Below, piece by piece: positions 9,089 through 19,428 of a DNA stretch of 64,000 nt; within the stretch, counting starts at the first letter, position 1, and each line of letters begins with the position of its first letter. The stretch lies in contig JAFYSH010000003.1 of the NCBI GenBank assembly GCA_017546605.1, positions 6,248 through 70,247 of the forward strand, written 5' to 3'. This stretch comes from Bacteroidales bacterium (GTDB taxonomy: Bacteria; Bacteroidota; Bacteroidia; Bacteroidales; UBA932). The notes beneath the pieces were generated by a model that worked only from the letters and a program-made list of their open reading frames with translations, searched no databases and had not been told where the DNA came from. The translations under genes and the position numbers were made by a program.

Positions 9089-10060
9089 ATGTTGACATTT
9101 GCTGATATTTCCAATCTGGCTGAAAAGACCATCCGAGAACTGGACCTTACAGGAAGACCCCAAGAACTGTACGATCCGATTCACTACATCATATCCATTG
9201 GTGGCAAACGGATCCGCCCGAAGTTGTGCCTGATTTGCTACAACCTGTTCAAGGACGAGTTTGACGCATCCATTCTCCGGCCAATGGCCGCCCTGGAAAT
9301 CTTCCACGCCTTTACCCTCATTCACGATGACATCATGGACAAGGCAGATCGACGTCGCGGGCATTTGACCATCCATAAAAAATGGTGCGACAACGTTGCC
9401 ATCCTTTCGGGGGACGTCATGTCCATCAAGGCATACGAATACCTGGCGGACGCTCCGGATTATTGTTTGCGTGAAGTGTTTGCCTTATTCAACCGGACAG
9501 CCGCTCAAGTCTGTGAGGGCCAACAGTTTGATATGAATTTCGAACAAGTACCGGTAGTTTCCATTGAACAATACACCGAAATGATCGCCTTGAAAACGGC
9601 TGTCTTGCTGGCTTGTTCTGCCAAAATGGGTGCCTTGATTGGCGGTTGCGATGAAAAAACAGCCGATGCGCTCTACCAATACGGTTACAACCTGGGGCTA
9701 GCTTTCCAAATTACCGATGACTATCTGGACAGCTTTGGTGATCCGAAAACCTTCGGCAAAAACATTGGTGGCGACATCAACAACAATAAAAAAAGTTGGC
9801 TGCTGATCGAATCCTTGCGCATTGCCCAAGACGAAGACCGCCAAACCATTTATCAGATTATGAAAATGGAAGCTTCCCAAGAAAAAATCGATCGGATGCT
9901 GGCGATGTACCAAAAACTGGGGGTTCACCAACAAAGCCGAGAAGCCATTGGCCGTTACTACGATGCCGCAATGGCTACGCTTCAAACAGCCGGGTTGAAC
10001 CCGGACCAAATCTCCCTACTTGACCATTTTGCAAAATCCCTCATTAAACGAGAAAAATAA
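9089..10060 (+). CDS. Polyprenyl (isoprenyl) diphosphate synthase
   Basis: 323 aa. Both Asp-rich motifs are present: FTLIHDDIMD and QITDDYLD. Chain length cannot be read from the sequence. Confidence 0.9.
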   Translation: MLTFADISNLAEKTIRELDLTGRPQELYDPIHYIISIGGKRIRPKLCLICYNLFKDEFDASILRPMAALEIFHAFTLIHDDIMDKADRRRGHLTIHKKWCDNVAILSGDVMSIKAYEYLADAPDYCLREVFALFNRTAAQVCEGQQFDMNFEQVPVVSIEQYTEMIALKTAVLLACSAKMGALIGGCDEKTADALYQYGYNLGLAFQITDDYLDSFGDPKTFGKNIGGDINNNKKSWLLIESLRIAQDEDRQTIYQIMKMEASQEKIDRMLAMYQKLGVHQQSREAIGRYYDAAMATLQTAGLNPDQISLLDHFAKSLIKREK

Positions 10061-10063
10061 TCA

Positions 10064-11311
10064 ATGAAGTCCCATTTTGAAATTATGGCGCCGGCCGGCA
10101 ACTTCGAATGCTTGATGGCGGCCATACAAGGAGGCGCAGATTCCGTCTATTTCGGAGTCGAAAACCTCAACATGCGTTCTCATTCCGCCAATAATTTTAC
10201 CCGCGAAGACCTGCCCAAAATCGTAGAAATTTGTCAGGAGCACCAGGTAAAAACTTACCTGACCCTGAACATTACCTTGTACGACGAGGACCTGCAGCAA
10301 GCCTACCAGACGCTGGATGCAGCCAAGGCGGCAGGTATCTCAGCCGTGATTGCCTCCGATACGGCAGCCATTGTTTATGCCCGAAAGATTGGCCTGGAAG
10401 TACATATCTCCACCCAACTCTCCATTTCCAATGCTGAAAGCTTGCGTTTCTACGCCCAATGGGCCGACGTCATTGTATTGGCTCGGGAACTCAACCTGCA
10501 ACAAGTCCGCGCCATCAAGGACACCATTGAGCGAGAACAGATCACGGGCCCTTCCGGACGACTTGTTGAAATTGAAATGTTCTGCCACGGAGCTTTGTGC
10601 ATGGCCATTTCCGGCAAATGCTATTTGAGTTTGCACGAATACAACGCCTCGGCCAACCGCGGTTCCTGCTTCCAGCTTTGTCGACGGGGTTACGAAGTTA
10701 CCGACCTGGAAACCGGCATGAAACTGGAGGTGGACAACAAATACATCATGTCCCCCAAAGACCTTTGCACCATCGAATTCCTCGATAAGATCTTAGCAGC
10801 GGGAGTGTCTGTCTTCAAGATCGAAGGTCGGGCACGCTCAGCCGAATACGTAAAAACCGTCGCAGCTGCCTACAAACGGGGAGCCCAAGCTGTCGTAGAT
10901 GGAACATTCACCCTTGAGCTGGCCACCAGCTTGAAGGCCGAATTGGCCAAAGTGTTCAACCGAGGTTTCTGGGACGGCTACTACCAAGGAGCCCGTTTGG
11001 GCGAATGGTCAGAAGTGTACGGCAACAAGGCGACCCAAAAGAAAGCCTATATCGGCAAAATCACCAACTACTTTTCCAACCTGGGTGTAGCAGAAGTCAC
11101 AGTTGAAAGTGGCAGTTTGTCCGTCGGTGATTCCATTTTCATCATCGGTCCGACAACAGGGGTTCAGGAAATCATCATCCCTGAAATTCGTGTTGACCTC
11201 AAGCCTGTTGAAAAAGCAGAAAAGGGAACGGTCTGCTCCATTCCCTTTCCGAATAAATTACGTCGTTCCGACAAGGTGTTCCTGATTACTACAGAAGCGG
11301 AGACAAACTAA
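10064..11311 (+). CDS. Peptidase-U32-family protein (PrtC / TrhP / UbiU-V-like; likely an Fe-S enzyme rather than a protease)
   Basis: 415 aa. MKSHFEIMAPAGNFECLMAAIQGGADSVYFG; U32 signature EMFCHGALCMAISGKC plus CFQLC; C-terminal small beta-barrel-like tail. Confidence 0.88.
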   Translation: MKSHFEIMAPAGNFECLMAAIQGGADSVYFGVENLNMRSHSANNFTREDLPKIVEICQEHQVKTYLTLNITLYDEDLQQAYQTLDAAKAAGISAVIASDTAAIVYARKIGLEVHISTQLSISNAESLRFYAQWADVIVLARELNLQQVRAIKDTIEREQITGPSGRLVEIEMFCHGALCMAISGKCYLSLHEYNASANRGSCFQLCRRGYEVTDLETGMKLEVDNKYIMSPKDLCTIEFLDKILAAGVSVFKIEGRARSAEYVKTVAAAYKRGAQAVVDGTFTLELATSLKAELAKVFNRGFWDGYYQGARLGEWSEVYGNKATQKKAYIGKITNYFSNLGVAEVTVESGSLSVGDSIFIIGPTTGVQEIIIPEIRVDLKPVEKAEKGTVCSIPFPNKLRRSDKVFLITTEAETN

Positions 11312-12932
11312 CTTCATCCCAACGGTCAATGGCCTCGTACAACTGACGGTCATCCAGCAGTCCTCGGGCCGCTCCACCTCTTGAGAAATAATAAGCGACC
11401 GCAATCTCCCGTTCCAACAGGGGTTTGATGATCGCTTTATTTTTTGTCAGGTAGGTCTGTTTGTCTTGCGTCAAGGCCTGCTGCAAAGCCTCATACAAGG
11501 CGGCATGCATATCATAAGTACCTTCTTGTTTGGCGACTTCGATCAATTTCTCCAAATCGACCAAAGCCTCTGTTCGATGATCAAAGTCCTTGGCGGCTGC
11601 AAAATTCACAAAATCCAGGTACTCTATATCGGTCAGATTGATGGCAACTGCCTCCGGCACTTGTACGTGATCACGGTAATATTGTACCGCATAATCATCC
11701 AGGATTCCACTGTAAATCAAGGCCACCAGCGGACGATTGTAGTATTCTGACTCCACAGCCAGATCCGGTGTAATACCACCTCCCCCATAAACCACTCTTC
11801 CCGAGCGGGTTTTATAGACCTGACGCAACGAATCCGGCAGCTGGTTCAACGAACCAACTTCTTTCCGGGCACGATAGTCGATGGCTTGTACACACCGTCC
11901 ACTCGGTGTATAATACTTACCAACCGTCAATTTCAAGGATGCATCGTAACCCAAGCCTCGGAACGACTGAATCAAGCCTTTTCCGTAGGAACGGGTCCCC
12001 GCAATCACTCCTCGGTCCAAGTCCTGCAAAGCACCCGCTACAATCTCTGAAGAAGATGCCGTTGATGAATTGATGAGCACCATGACCGGAATATCCGTAT
12101 TCCAAGGCTCATTCTGCGTATAGGAATCTTTGCGAGACTCCGGAGAACGACCTTGGGTATAAAGCACATGGGTTCCTTGGGGCACAAAGAGCGAGACCAG
12201 ATCGACCGCTTCGGTCAATAAGCCACCCCCATTTCCCCGCAAATCCAGCACCACTTGTTTGAGTCGTCCGGTTTGTTCCATAGCGATCAATTCACGACGC
12301 ACCTCCTGCGCTGCTCCGCGCGTAAAGTCGGAGAGTTGGACATAACCGATGCTGTCACGAATAATGCCGGCATAGACCACACCGGAAATATGGACAATTT
12401 CCCGAGTCAGATCAATGGACAGCGTATCTCCGCTACGAGTCTTTTTGACCAACAGTTGAAGCGAAGTGCCCGGCTGCCCCCGCATTTTGGAGCTGCACTC
12501 GGACACCGTCATCTCATTGGTCGGGGTTCCAGCGACTTCTAACAGAATATCTCCCGGCTCCAAACCAACCTTCACCGCCGGCGATCCCAAATAGGGTTCC
12601 AGGATCATGACCCAGTTATCTGGAGTTTTCCGAATGATGGCGCCTACCCCTCCGTAGTTGCCACTGGTCATCATCTCAATGTTCTCTTCCTGTTCCTCTG
12701 GGAAGAACAACGTATAGGGATCCAACGTGGACAAAATCGCATTGATTCCCTCAAATACCAGTGTATCAATCGCAATCGGATCTACGTATTCCTGCTGCAA
12801 TGCTCTCAAAACAGCCGTTTGCAAATCCAAAGACTTGCCGGCTTGAAATGCAGAAGATTGCCCCATCAAGGCTCCGGATGTCATCACCAGAAGCATCAGA
12901 CTGACCAGTCTTCTACCCATTCTTTTCTTCAT
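11289..12932 (-). CDS. ctp: S41 carboxy-terminal processing peptidase
   Basis: 547 aa. Signal peptide, PDZ-like segment, DLRGNGGGLL, INSSTASSSEI (catalytic Ser region), YGKGLIQ. The 3' end overlaps the U32 gene by 23 nt. Confidence 0.9.
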   Translation of the reverse strand: MKKRMGRRLVSLMLLVMTSGALMGQSSAFQAGKSLDLQTAVLRALQQEYVDPIAIDTLVFEGINAILSTLDPYTLFFPEEQEENIEMMTSGNYGGVGAIIRKTPDNWVMILEPYLGSPAVKVGLEPGDILLEVAGTPTNEMTVSECSSKMRGQPGTSLQLLVKKTRSGDTLSIDLTREIVHISGVVYAGIIRDSIGYVQLSDFTRGAAQEVRRELIAMEQTGRLKQVVLDLRGNGGGLLTEAVDLVSLFVPQGTHVLYTQGRSPESRKDSYTQNEPWNTDIPVMVLINSSTASSSEIVAGALQDLDRGVIAGTRSYGKGLIQSFRGLGYDASLKLTVGKYYTPSGRCVQAIDYRARKEVGSLNQLPDSLRQVYKTRSGRVVYGGGGITPDLAVESEYYNRPLVALIYSGILDDYAVQYYRDHVQVPEAVAINLTDIEYLDFVNFAAAKDFDHRTEALVDLEKLIEVAKQEGTYDMHAALYEALQQALTQDKQTYLTKNKAIIKPLLEREIAVAYYFSRGGAARGLLDDRQLYEAIDRWDEVSLSPLL

Positions 12933-12955
12933 TTCTCATTGGTTTTTCTTAGGTG

Positions 12956-12963
12956 CAAAATTA
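12956..12963 (-). promoter_or_regulatory. -7 box (TAATTTTG) for ctp
   Basis: Plus strand caaaatta; 23 nt upstream of ATG 12932. Confidence 0.55.
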
Positions 12964-12972
12964 ATCTTTTCA

Positions 12973-12980
12973 TAACTTTG
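12973..12980 (+). promoter_or_regulatory. -7 box (TAACTTTG) for rdgB-recO-GH3
   Basis: Exact motif, 20 nt upstream of ATG 13001. Confidence 0.55.
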
Positions 12981-13000
12981 CTGCAACAATCAGACCACGT

Positions 13001-13600
13001 ATGAAAATCATTTTTGCCACCGGAAACACGCACAAGCTCCGGGAAGCCCAGGAAATTCTGGGGCCCGGCTTCGAATTAACCACCCCCCAAGCCTTGGGCT
13101 GCACCGAAGAGATCCCCGAAAATGCAACCACCTTTGAAGGCAATGCGAAGGAAAAAGCGCAATACTTGTGGGACCGTTTTGGTCTTCCCTGCTTTGCAGA
13201 TGACTCCGGACTGGAAGTGGATGCCCTCAACGGAGCTCCTGGCGTCTATTCCGCCCGTTATGCCGGTCCCCAAAAAAATGATGCGGACAACTTGCAAAAA
13301 CTCCTCGAAGACCTGCAACACATCCCGGAGCAGGACGCCCAAGGGCAAGCATTACGCACGGCACGCTTTCGCTGCGTGATTGCCTTGATGTTAGAAGACG
13401 GCTGCCACCTCTTCCACGGTACCAGCGAAGGTTGCATTACCACCGCTCCTTCCGGAAACGGAGGTTTTGGTTATGACCCTGTTTTCCGTCCACAAGGCTA
13501 CGACCGCAACTTCTCCGAATTGTCAGCTGAAGAAAAAAATAGCATCTCACACCGTGGCAGCGCATTGCGCGCTATGGCCCAATGGCTGAAACAACGATAA
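13001..13600 (+). CDS. rdgB: Non-canonical purine NTP pyrophosphatase (RdgB/HAM1)
   Basis: 199 aa. MKIIFATGNTHKLREAQEIL..., FGYDPVF, SHRGSALRAM. Confidence 0.93.
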   Translation: MKIIFATGNTHKLREAQEILGPGFELTTPQALGCTEEIPENATTFEGNAKEKAQYLWDRFGLPCFADDSGLEVDALNGAPGVYSARYAGPQKNDADNLQKLLEDLQHIPEQDAQGQALRTARFRCVIALMLEDGCHLFHGTSEGCITTAPSGNGGFGYDPVFRPQGYDRNFSELSAEEKNSISHRGSALRAMAQWLKQR

Positions 13601-14332
13601 TTGACTTCTATGATTGTCCTGCATAGCACCAAGTACGGCGATAGCAGCCTAATTGTTCATGTCTACAGTGAACAACACGGCCGCACTGGCTTGTTGCTAC
13701 GCGGTGCTGGGCGATCCCGTAGCGGACGTAGTGATATGCGACTGCTCCACCCCCTCAGCATCCTCGATGTGAGTCTTCTTCCCTCTAAAAACCAACAGGG
13801 GCTCCTGCTCACCAAAGAATTCTCGCAAGCCTGTCCGTTGGGTTCCCTGCGCTCCAACCTGTACAAAAGTTCCATCTGCCTATTTTTGGGAGAATTACTC
13901 TACCGAACGCTCCGTGAAGCCTCGCCAGACCCTGAATTATACCGGTTCATTGTCTATGCCATCCGGCTGCTGGAATCCTTGGAAGACTCGGATTGTTCCA
14001 ATTTTCACCTTTGGTTCCTGGTAGGTTATGCCTCCCACTTGGGCTTACGACCGCGCAACAATTGGACAGAGCAGCAAGGTACCTTTTACATTCCGGAAGC
14101 CCGCTTTGAAACCGTCCGTTCCCAAACTGGAGACGACTGGTTTTCGCCCTTCTGTTCCCAACTTCTGGCTGACTTGATGACGGAAGACACCGAAAAAATA
14201 TTACTCCGCCCCCTATCCAGTGAAAAACGGAACGATTTTTGTCGATCCATGCTTCGCTACCTGCGATACCACCTGGATCTGGACTTTGAAATCAAATCTT
14301 TGGACGTATTGCACCAAGTACTACGCGCATGA
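13601..14332 (+). CDS. recO: DNA repair protein RecO
   Basis: IVLHSTKYGDSSLIVHVYSEQHGRTGLLLRG is an OB-fold N-terminus typical of RecO. The track start 13601 is TTG; ATG at 13610 is an alternative. Confidence 0.85.
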   Translation: MTSMIVLHSTKYGDSSLIVHVYSEQHGRTGLLLRGAGRSRSGRSDMRLLHPLSILDVSLLPSKNQQGLLLTKEFSQACPLGSLRSNLYKSSICLFLGELLYRTLREASPDPELYRFIVYAIRLLESLEDSDCSNFHLWFLVGYASHLGLRPRNNWTEQQGTFYIPEARFETVRSQTGDDWFSPFCSQLLADLMTEDTEKILLRPLSSEKRNDFCRSMLRYLRYHLDLDFEIKSLDVLHQVLRA

Positions 14333-15837
14333 AATTCATCAATCGACTCCTGCTAACTTACTACAGCCCCTTGCTCCGACAATTGGACACCAGTATCCAC
14401 CGCTATGAAGCCTCCCAACACGAGACCTTCCGGCAGTTGATGCAGCACATGGACAGCACCCGATTTGCGCAGGAGCACCAACTCGATCACAATAGCGACT
14501 ACGAGCAATTCAGAAAGCAGGTTCCTGTCCGTGAATACGATGATTTTCAACCCTATATCCATTCCATCCAGTGCGGAGAACAGAACATCCTCTGGAACGA
14601 ACCCGTCCAATGGTTTGCCAAGTCCAGTGGGACCAGTTCTGGCAAAAGTAAGTTCATCCCCATCACCCCAGCCAACCTGAAGCATTGTCACTACCGAGGA
14701 TTTCAACTGATGTTGGCCCATTACTTAAGACAACATCCCGACAGCGGTATGATGTACGGCAAGGCACTGACTCTGGGAGGTAGCGTAGCAGCTGACTCTC
14801 GTACGGGAGACCTATCGGCCATTCTGCTACAAAACTCCCCCAAAGTTGCTGAATGGATTCGCACACCGGAACGAAAAACAGCCCTAATCCCCAATTTTGA
14901 ACAGAAAGTCGAACAGATTTGCCGAGAATGCTCCCATAAAAACGTTACTAGTTTTTCCGGTGTTCCCTCCTGGAACCTATTACTCCTGCGACGCATCCTC
15001 GACTACGCCGGAAAAGGCAATCTCCTGGAGATCTGGCCCAACCTGGAATTATTCATGCACGGAGGCACCTATTTTGAACCTTATCGGGAACAATTCCGCA
15101 AACTGATTCCCTCCGATCAAATGCATTACTTAGAAAACTACAATGCCTCCGAAGGCTACTTCGCTTTTCAAGATGATTTGCAGGAACAAGGTATGCGCTT
15201 GGTGCTGGACAATGGGGTTTTCTATGAATTCATCCCGCTGGAACAACTCCCCAAGGTGCTGGACGGCGATCTTTCCCCGATCCTTCCGCTCAGCGGCATC
15301 CAGGTCGGCCAAGAGTACGCATTGGTTATTTCAACAAACAGCGGTCTTTGGCGCTACCTCATTGGCGATACGGTCCGATTTACCAGCAACCAACCCCACC
15401 GAATCATCATCACCGGACGAACCCAGCTCTACATCAACACCTTTGGTGAAGAATTGATGATCAACAATGCTGAAAAAGCTCTGGCGGTGGCTTGCCAAGC
15501 CACCGGTGCGATCGTTTCCGAATACACCGTTGCTCCCATCTTTTTCCAAGGATCGGAAAAAGGAAGACACGAATGGCTGATTGAATTTGAAACACAACCC
15601 CAAGTCAGCCTCGAAAATTTTGCAGAAAAACTGGACCAAGCTCTGTGCCAGCAGAACTCGGACTACGAAGCCAAACGCAACGGAACCATGGAACGACTAA
15701 AAATCACCTCCATCCCTAAAGGCACCTTCTATCGTTGGATGGAACAGCGCGGTAAGGTGGGTGGACAGAACAAAGTACCCCGTCTGTATCCCAAACGGGA
15801 CTTTATTGAGCAGCTAAATCAACTCATAATCAATTAA
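14329..15837 (+). CDS. GH3 (auxin-responsive promoter) family acyl-adenylate-forming enzyme, bacterial function unknown
   Basis: 502 aa. AKSSGTSSGKSKFIP adenylation motif. ATGA overlap with recO. Confidence 0.85.
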   Translation: MKFINRLLLTYYSPLLRQLDTSIHRYEASQHETFRQLMQHMDSTRFAQEHQLDHNSDYEQFRKQVPVREYDDFQPYIHSIQCGEQNILWNEPVQWFAKSSGTSSGKSKFIPITPANLKHCHYRGFQLMLAHYLRQHPDSGMMYGKALTLGGSVAADSRTGDLSAILLQNSPKVAEWIRTPERKTALIPNFEQKVEQICRECSHKNVTSFSGVPSWNLLLLRRILDYAGKGNLLEIWPNLELFMHGGTYFEPYREQFRKLIPSDQMHYLENYNASEGYFAFQDDLQEQGMRLVLDNGVFYEFIPLEQLPKVLDGDLSPILPLSGIQVGQEYALVISTNSGLWRYLIGDTVRFTSNQPHRIIITGRTQLYINTFGEELMINNAEKALAVACQATGAIVSEYTVAPIFFQGSEKGRHEWLIEFETQPQVSLENFAEKLDQALCQQNSDYEAKRNGTMERLKITSIPKGTFYRWMEQRGKVGGQNKVPRLYPKRDFIEQLNQLIIN

Positions 15838-17820
15838 CTTCTGTTCCATTGAAGCCCGGACCACCCGAATTCGAACCGGATCCCCCAGTTTGTAGCTCTT
15901 GCCAGAAGAACGGCTTACAAGGGTATAAGTTTCCTCATCAAACTCAAAATAGTCATCCCGGATCTCCCGCAGAGGAATCATTCCCTCAACCTTGGTCGGT
16001 TCTATTTCAACATACATTCCCCAATCTGTCAAGCCGGAGATGGTACCATCAAACTCTTGACCGATTTTGTCCTGCATAAATTCCACCAATTTGTACTTGA
16101 TGCTGGAACGTTCAGCTTCCATCGCAATCTGCTCCCGACTGGAAGCGTGCACACAAGCCGCCTCATAGACCTCCTTATCCTGAGACGCCTCCCCGGCCTC
16201 GTACAAGGCCAACAGCCGGTGCACCATCATATCTGGATAGCGTCGGATCGGAGAAGTAAAGTGGGTGTAGTAATCGAAGGCCAATCCATAGTGGCCCACA
16301 TTGTCCGTAGCATATTTGGCCCTGGCCATGGACCGGAGCGCCAATATCTCAATGGCTCCCGATTCCGGCGTACCCTTGACACCCGATAAAAGTCCATTCA
16401 AGGCTGTCGCCAACTGTTTGGTGGATGCCTCCGGTTTGGCTTGCAATTCGTGTCCGAACAAACGGGCAAAACGACGCAACACATCGATCTTTTCAGGATT
16501 GGGCTGTTCGTGGATCCGATACACGAAAGTCGGTTTCTTGCGCCGCTTTCCAATAGACTCAGCCACACAACGGTTGGCCAACAACATAAATTCCTCAATC
16601 AGCCAGTTGGCCTCTCGGCTTATTTTCTGAGTCACAGCCACCGGACGACCCTGCTCATCCACCTGTACTTTCATTTCCGGTCGCTCAAAAGCTATCGCTC
16701 CCGCCGCAAAACGTTTTCTGCGCAACTCGGAAGCCAAGTGGTGTAAGGTCAACAACTCCTGTTTCATCGGTCCCTCACCGCCTTCCAGAATCCATTGAGC
16801 TTGATCATAATCAAACCGATGATCGGAACAAATGACTGTTCGACCGATCCAACGGTCCACAATCCGACAACGGGGGGTCATTTCAAAGACCACCGAATAA
16901 CAAAGTTTGTCCTCGTTCGGCCGCAACGAACACAGTTGGTTTGACAGTTTTTCCGGCAACATAGGCACCGTTCGATCCACCAAGTAAACGGAGGTAGCCC
17001 GTTCGTAGGCCACCTGATCCAACAAAGAACCCGGTGTCACATAATGCGTCACATCGGCAATGTGCACCCCCACTTCATAGTTTCCATTTTCCAGAACACG
17101 GAACGACAATGCATCGTCAAAGTCTTTTGCATCAGTAGGGTCAATGGTAAAAGTAGTTACCGAACGGAAGTCACGCCGCTTACGAATCTCCTCGGCAGAA
17201 ATTTCCACCGGGATGGCGTCAGCAACCGCCTCCACTTCCGGCTCAAAACGGTACGGCAGTCCAAACTCTGCGAGAATTGCATGCATTTCTGCGTTGTTCT
17301 CACCCGGCTCACCCAATACGTCCAAAACTCGACCCAACGGAGCCGGAGCTCCATACGGCCAACTTTCCACCAACACCGCCACTTTTTGACCGTGATAAGG
17401 GCGCGCCTGTGCCGGCGTCATCATAATCCGGATATCGTAGGGCATGTTGCGACTTTCCACAATTGCCCAAACCTCCCGTTTGGTCACTTGCAAAATACCG
17501 ATGTGCGGACGCTTGGAGCGTTCCAACACCTCCACCACACGGCCTTCTTTCCTCAAAACCCGCTGACGGCCTCCCGGCATTGAACGTTGGCGGGCAGCTA
17601 CTGTCACAACACGTACACAATCGTTATTCAGAGCTCCGCGCAAACGGGCTGCCGGCACAAAGATATCGGTATCCTGGGCCGGTGTCTCCACAAAAGCGAA
17701 CCCTTCTCGGGTCATTCTCACAATTCCTTCAAACTCTTCTTTTACAAAAGGTTTCTTCTTTTCTTTTCCCGATTTACGTTCTTTTTTCGCAAGTCTTTTA
17801 TGGTTTGATTTCCGGCTCAT
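15814..17820 (-). CDS. rnr: Ribonuclease R
   Basis: 668 aa. Lys-rich N-terminus, cold-shock-like region, RNB core, C-terminal S1 (GTISGLTDWGMYVEI). The 3' end overlaps the GH3 gene by 24 nt. Confidence 0.93.
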   Translation of the reverse strand: MSRKSNHKRLAKKERKSGKEKKKPFVKEEFEGIVRMTREGFAFVETPAQDTDIFVPAARLRGALNNDCVRVVTVAARQRSMPGGRQRVLRKEGRVVEVLERSKRPHIGILQVTKREVWAIVESRNMPYDIRIMMTPAQARPYHGQKVAVLVESWPYGAPAPLGRVLDVLGEPGENNAEMHAILAEFGLPYRFEPEVEAVADAIPVEISAEEIRKRRDFRSVTTFTIDPTDAKDFDDALSFRVLENGNYEVGVHIADVTHYVTPGSLLDQVAYERATSVYLVDRTVPMLPEKLSNQLCSLRPNEDKLCYSVVFEMTPRCRIVDRWIGRTVICSDHRFDYDQAQWILEGGEGPMKQELLTLHHLASELRRKRFAAGAIAFERPEMKVQVDEQGRPVAVTQKISREANWLIEEFMLLANRCVAESIGKRRKKPTFVYRIHEQPNPEKIDVLRRFARLFGHELQAKPEASTKQLATALNGLLSGVKGTPESGAIEILALRSMARAKYATDNVGHYGLAFDYYTHFTSPIRRYPDMMVHRLLALYEAGEASQDKEVYEAACVHASSREQIAMEAERSSIKYKLVEFMQDKIGQEFDGTISGLTDWGMYVEIEPTKVEGMIPLREIRDDYFEFDEETYTLVSRSSGKSYKLGDPVRIRVVRASMEQKLIDYELI

Positions 17821-17830
17821 ATTTTTTCAT

Positions 17831-17838
17831 TAATTTTG
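17831..17838 (+). promoter_or_regulatory. -7 box (TAATTTTG) for gpmI-dnaE
   Basis: Exact motif, 68 nt upstream of ATG 17907. Confidence 0.5.
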
Positions 17839-17860
17839 CACGTTGTTCGCAGATGTCGGA

Positions 17861-17868
17861 CAAAGTTA
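17861..17868 (-). promoter_or_regulatory. -7 box (TAACTTTG) for rnr
   Basis: Plus strand caaagtta; 40 nt upstream of ATG 17820. Confidence 0.5.
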
Positions 17869-17906
17869 ATATCAGAAAACCGAATACAATATTAAATTTC
17901 CATTAA

Positions 17907-19424
17907 ATGAATAAAAAAGTATTACTGATGATTTTGGATGGCTGGGGAGAAGGCAAACAAGACCAATCCAACGTCATCTTCACACAAGGAGCCCCGCACA
18001 TTGATGCCTTGCGGGCAAAATACCCGGTATCCCAACTCATGGCTTGCGGCGAAGATGTAGGTCTTCCCGACGGACAAATGGGTAACTCGGAAGTAGGTCA
18101 CCTCAACCTCGGTGCTGGCCGCGTTGTTTACCAGGACTTGGTTAAAGTCAACCGCGCCTGCCGTGAACACCGCCTGTTGGAAAACCCGGAAATCAAGGCC
18201 GTTTATGACTATGTAAAAACCTCTGGCAAAGCCCTGCACCTGATGGGTCTTACCTCCCACGGTGGCGTTCACAGTTCTTTGGAACACCTGTATGAATTCC
18301 TGGCGGTTGCCAAACAAGAAGGTTTGGAAAAAGTGTATGTTCACTGCTTTATGGACGGCCGTGACTGTGACCCGAAAAGCGGAAAAGGCTTTATCGCTGA
18401 ATTGGAAGAAAAATGCAATGCCACAACCGGCAAAATTGCCTCCATCGTCGGCCGTTACTATGCCATGGACCGCGACAAACGTTGGGATCGTGTCAAACTT
18501 GCCTATGACTTGTTGACCAAAGCAGAAGGCGAACCCTTCACCGATCCGGTTGCTGCCATTCAAAAGTCCTACGATGAAGGCATTACCGACGAATTCATCA
18601 AACCGATGAGCGCCCGGACAGCCGACGGACAGCCGGTAGCGACCATCCAAGCCGATGACGCTATCATCTTCTACAACTTCCGCAACGACCGGGCACGTGA
18701 ACTCACCCACGTTCTCACCCAAGAGGATATGCCTGCAGAAGGTATGCATACCTTGCCGCTGTACTACTGCTGCTTGACTCCCTACGATGACAAATTCACA
18801 GGTTTGCACATCCTTTTTGACAAGGACAACGTTCAAAAGACCTTGGGAGAAGCCGTTGCTGATGCCGGAAAGAAACAGCTCCGCATTGCAGAAACTGAAA
18901 AATATGCCCACGTCACCTTCTTCTTCTCAGGTGGCCGCGAAGCTGTTTTCCCGGGAGAGTCCCGCATCCTGATCAACTCTCCGAAAGTAGCTACCTACGA
19001 CCTGCAACCCGAAATGTCAGCTCCCGAAGTAGCGGATGCCCTCATCCAAGAATTGGACAAACAAGAACAAGATCTGGTCATCCTGAACTTTGCAAACGGC
19101 GACATGGTAGGACATACCGGTGTTTACGAAGCCATCCGCACGGCTGTCACCACGGTTGACAACTGCGTAGATAAGGTCGTGTCCGCTGCTCGCAAAAACG
19201 GTTACACCGTGCTGATTACCGCAGACCACGGCAATGCAGACTACGCTACCAACCCGGACGGAACTCCCAACACAGCACACTCGTTGAACCCCGTACCGTT
19301 TATCGTAGTGGATGACGAAATCAAAACCGTAAAGAACGGAAAACTAGCGGACATCGCCCCGACCATCTTGAAATTGATGGGCATTGCTCAACCCCAAGAA
19401 ATGACCGGAGAACCGCTCGTATAA
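17907..19424 (+). CDS. gpmI: 2,3-bisphosphoglycerate-independent phosphoglycerate mutase
   Basis: 505 aa. [22 protein letters not shown] (catalytic Ser), ITADHGNA. Confidence 0.96.
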   Translation: MNKKVLLMILDGWGEGKQDQSNVIFTQGAPHIDALRAKYPVSQLMACGEDVGLPDGQMGNSEVGHLNLGAGRVVYQDLVKVNRACREHRLLENPEIKAVYDYVKTSGKALHLMGLTSHGGVHSSLEHLYEFLAVAKQEGLEKVYVHCFMDGRDCDPKSGKGFIAELEEKCNATTGKIASIVGRYYAMDRDKRWDRVKLAYDLLTKAEGEPFTDPVAAIQKSYDEGITDEFIKPMSARTADGQPVATIQADDAIIFYNFRNDRARELTHVLTQEDMPAEGMHTLPLYYCCLTPYDDKFTGLHILFDKDNVQKTLGEAVADAGKKQLRIAETEKYAHVTFFFSGGREAVFPGESRILINSPKVATYDLQPEMSAPEVADALIQELDKQEQDLVILNFANGDMVGHTGVYEAIRTAVTTVDNCVDKVVSAARKNGYTVLITADHGNADYATNPDGTPNTAHSLNPVPFIVVDDEIKTVKNGKLADIAPTILKLMGIAQPQEMTGEPLV

Positions 19425-19428
19425 CCCT

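Noticed and set aside
17922-18911. 329-aa minus-strand ORF covering most of gpmI.
   Set aside because: It is antisense to a gene with unmistakable iPGM motifs. The translation is low-complexity (V/F/G/Q-rich) with no recognisable domain. Long stop-free antisense frames are expected at this base composition.
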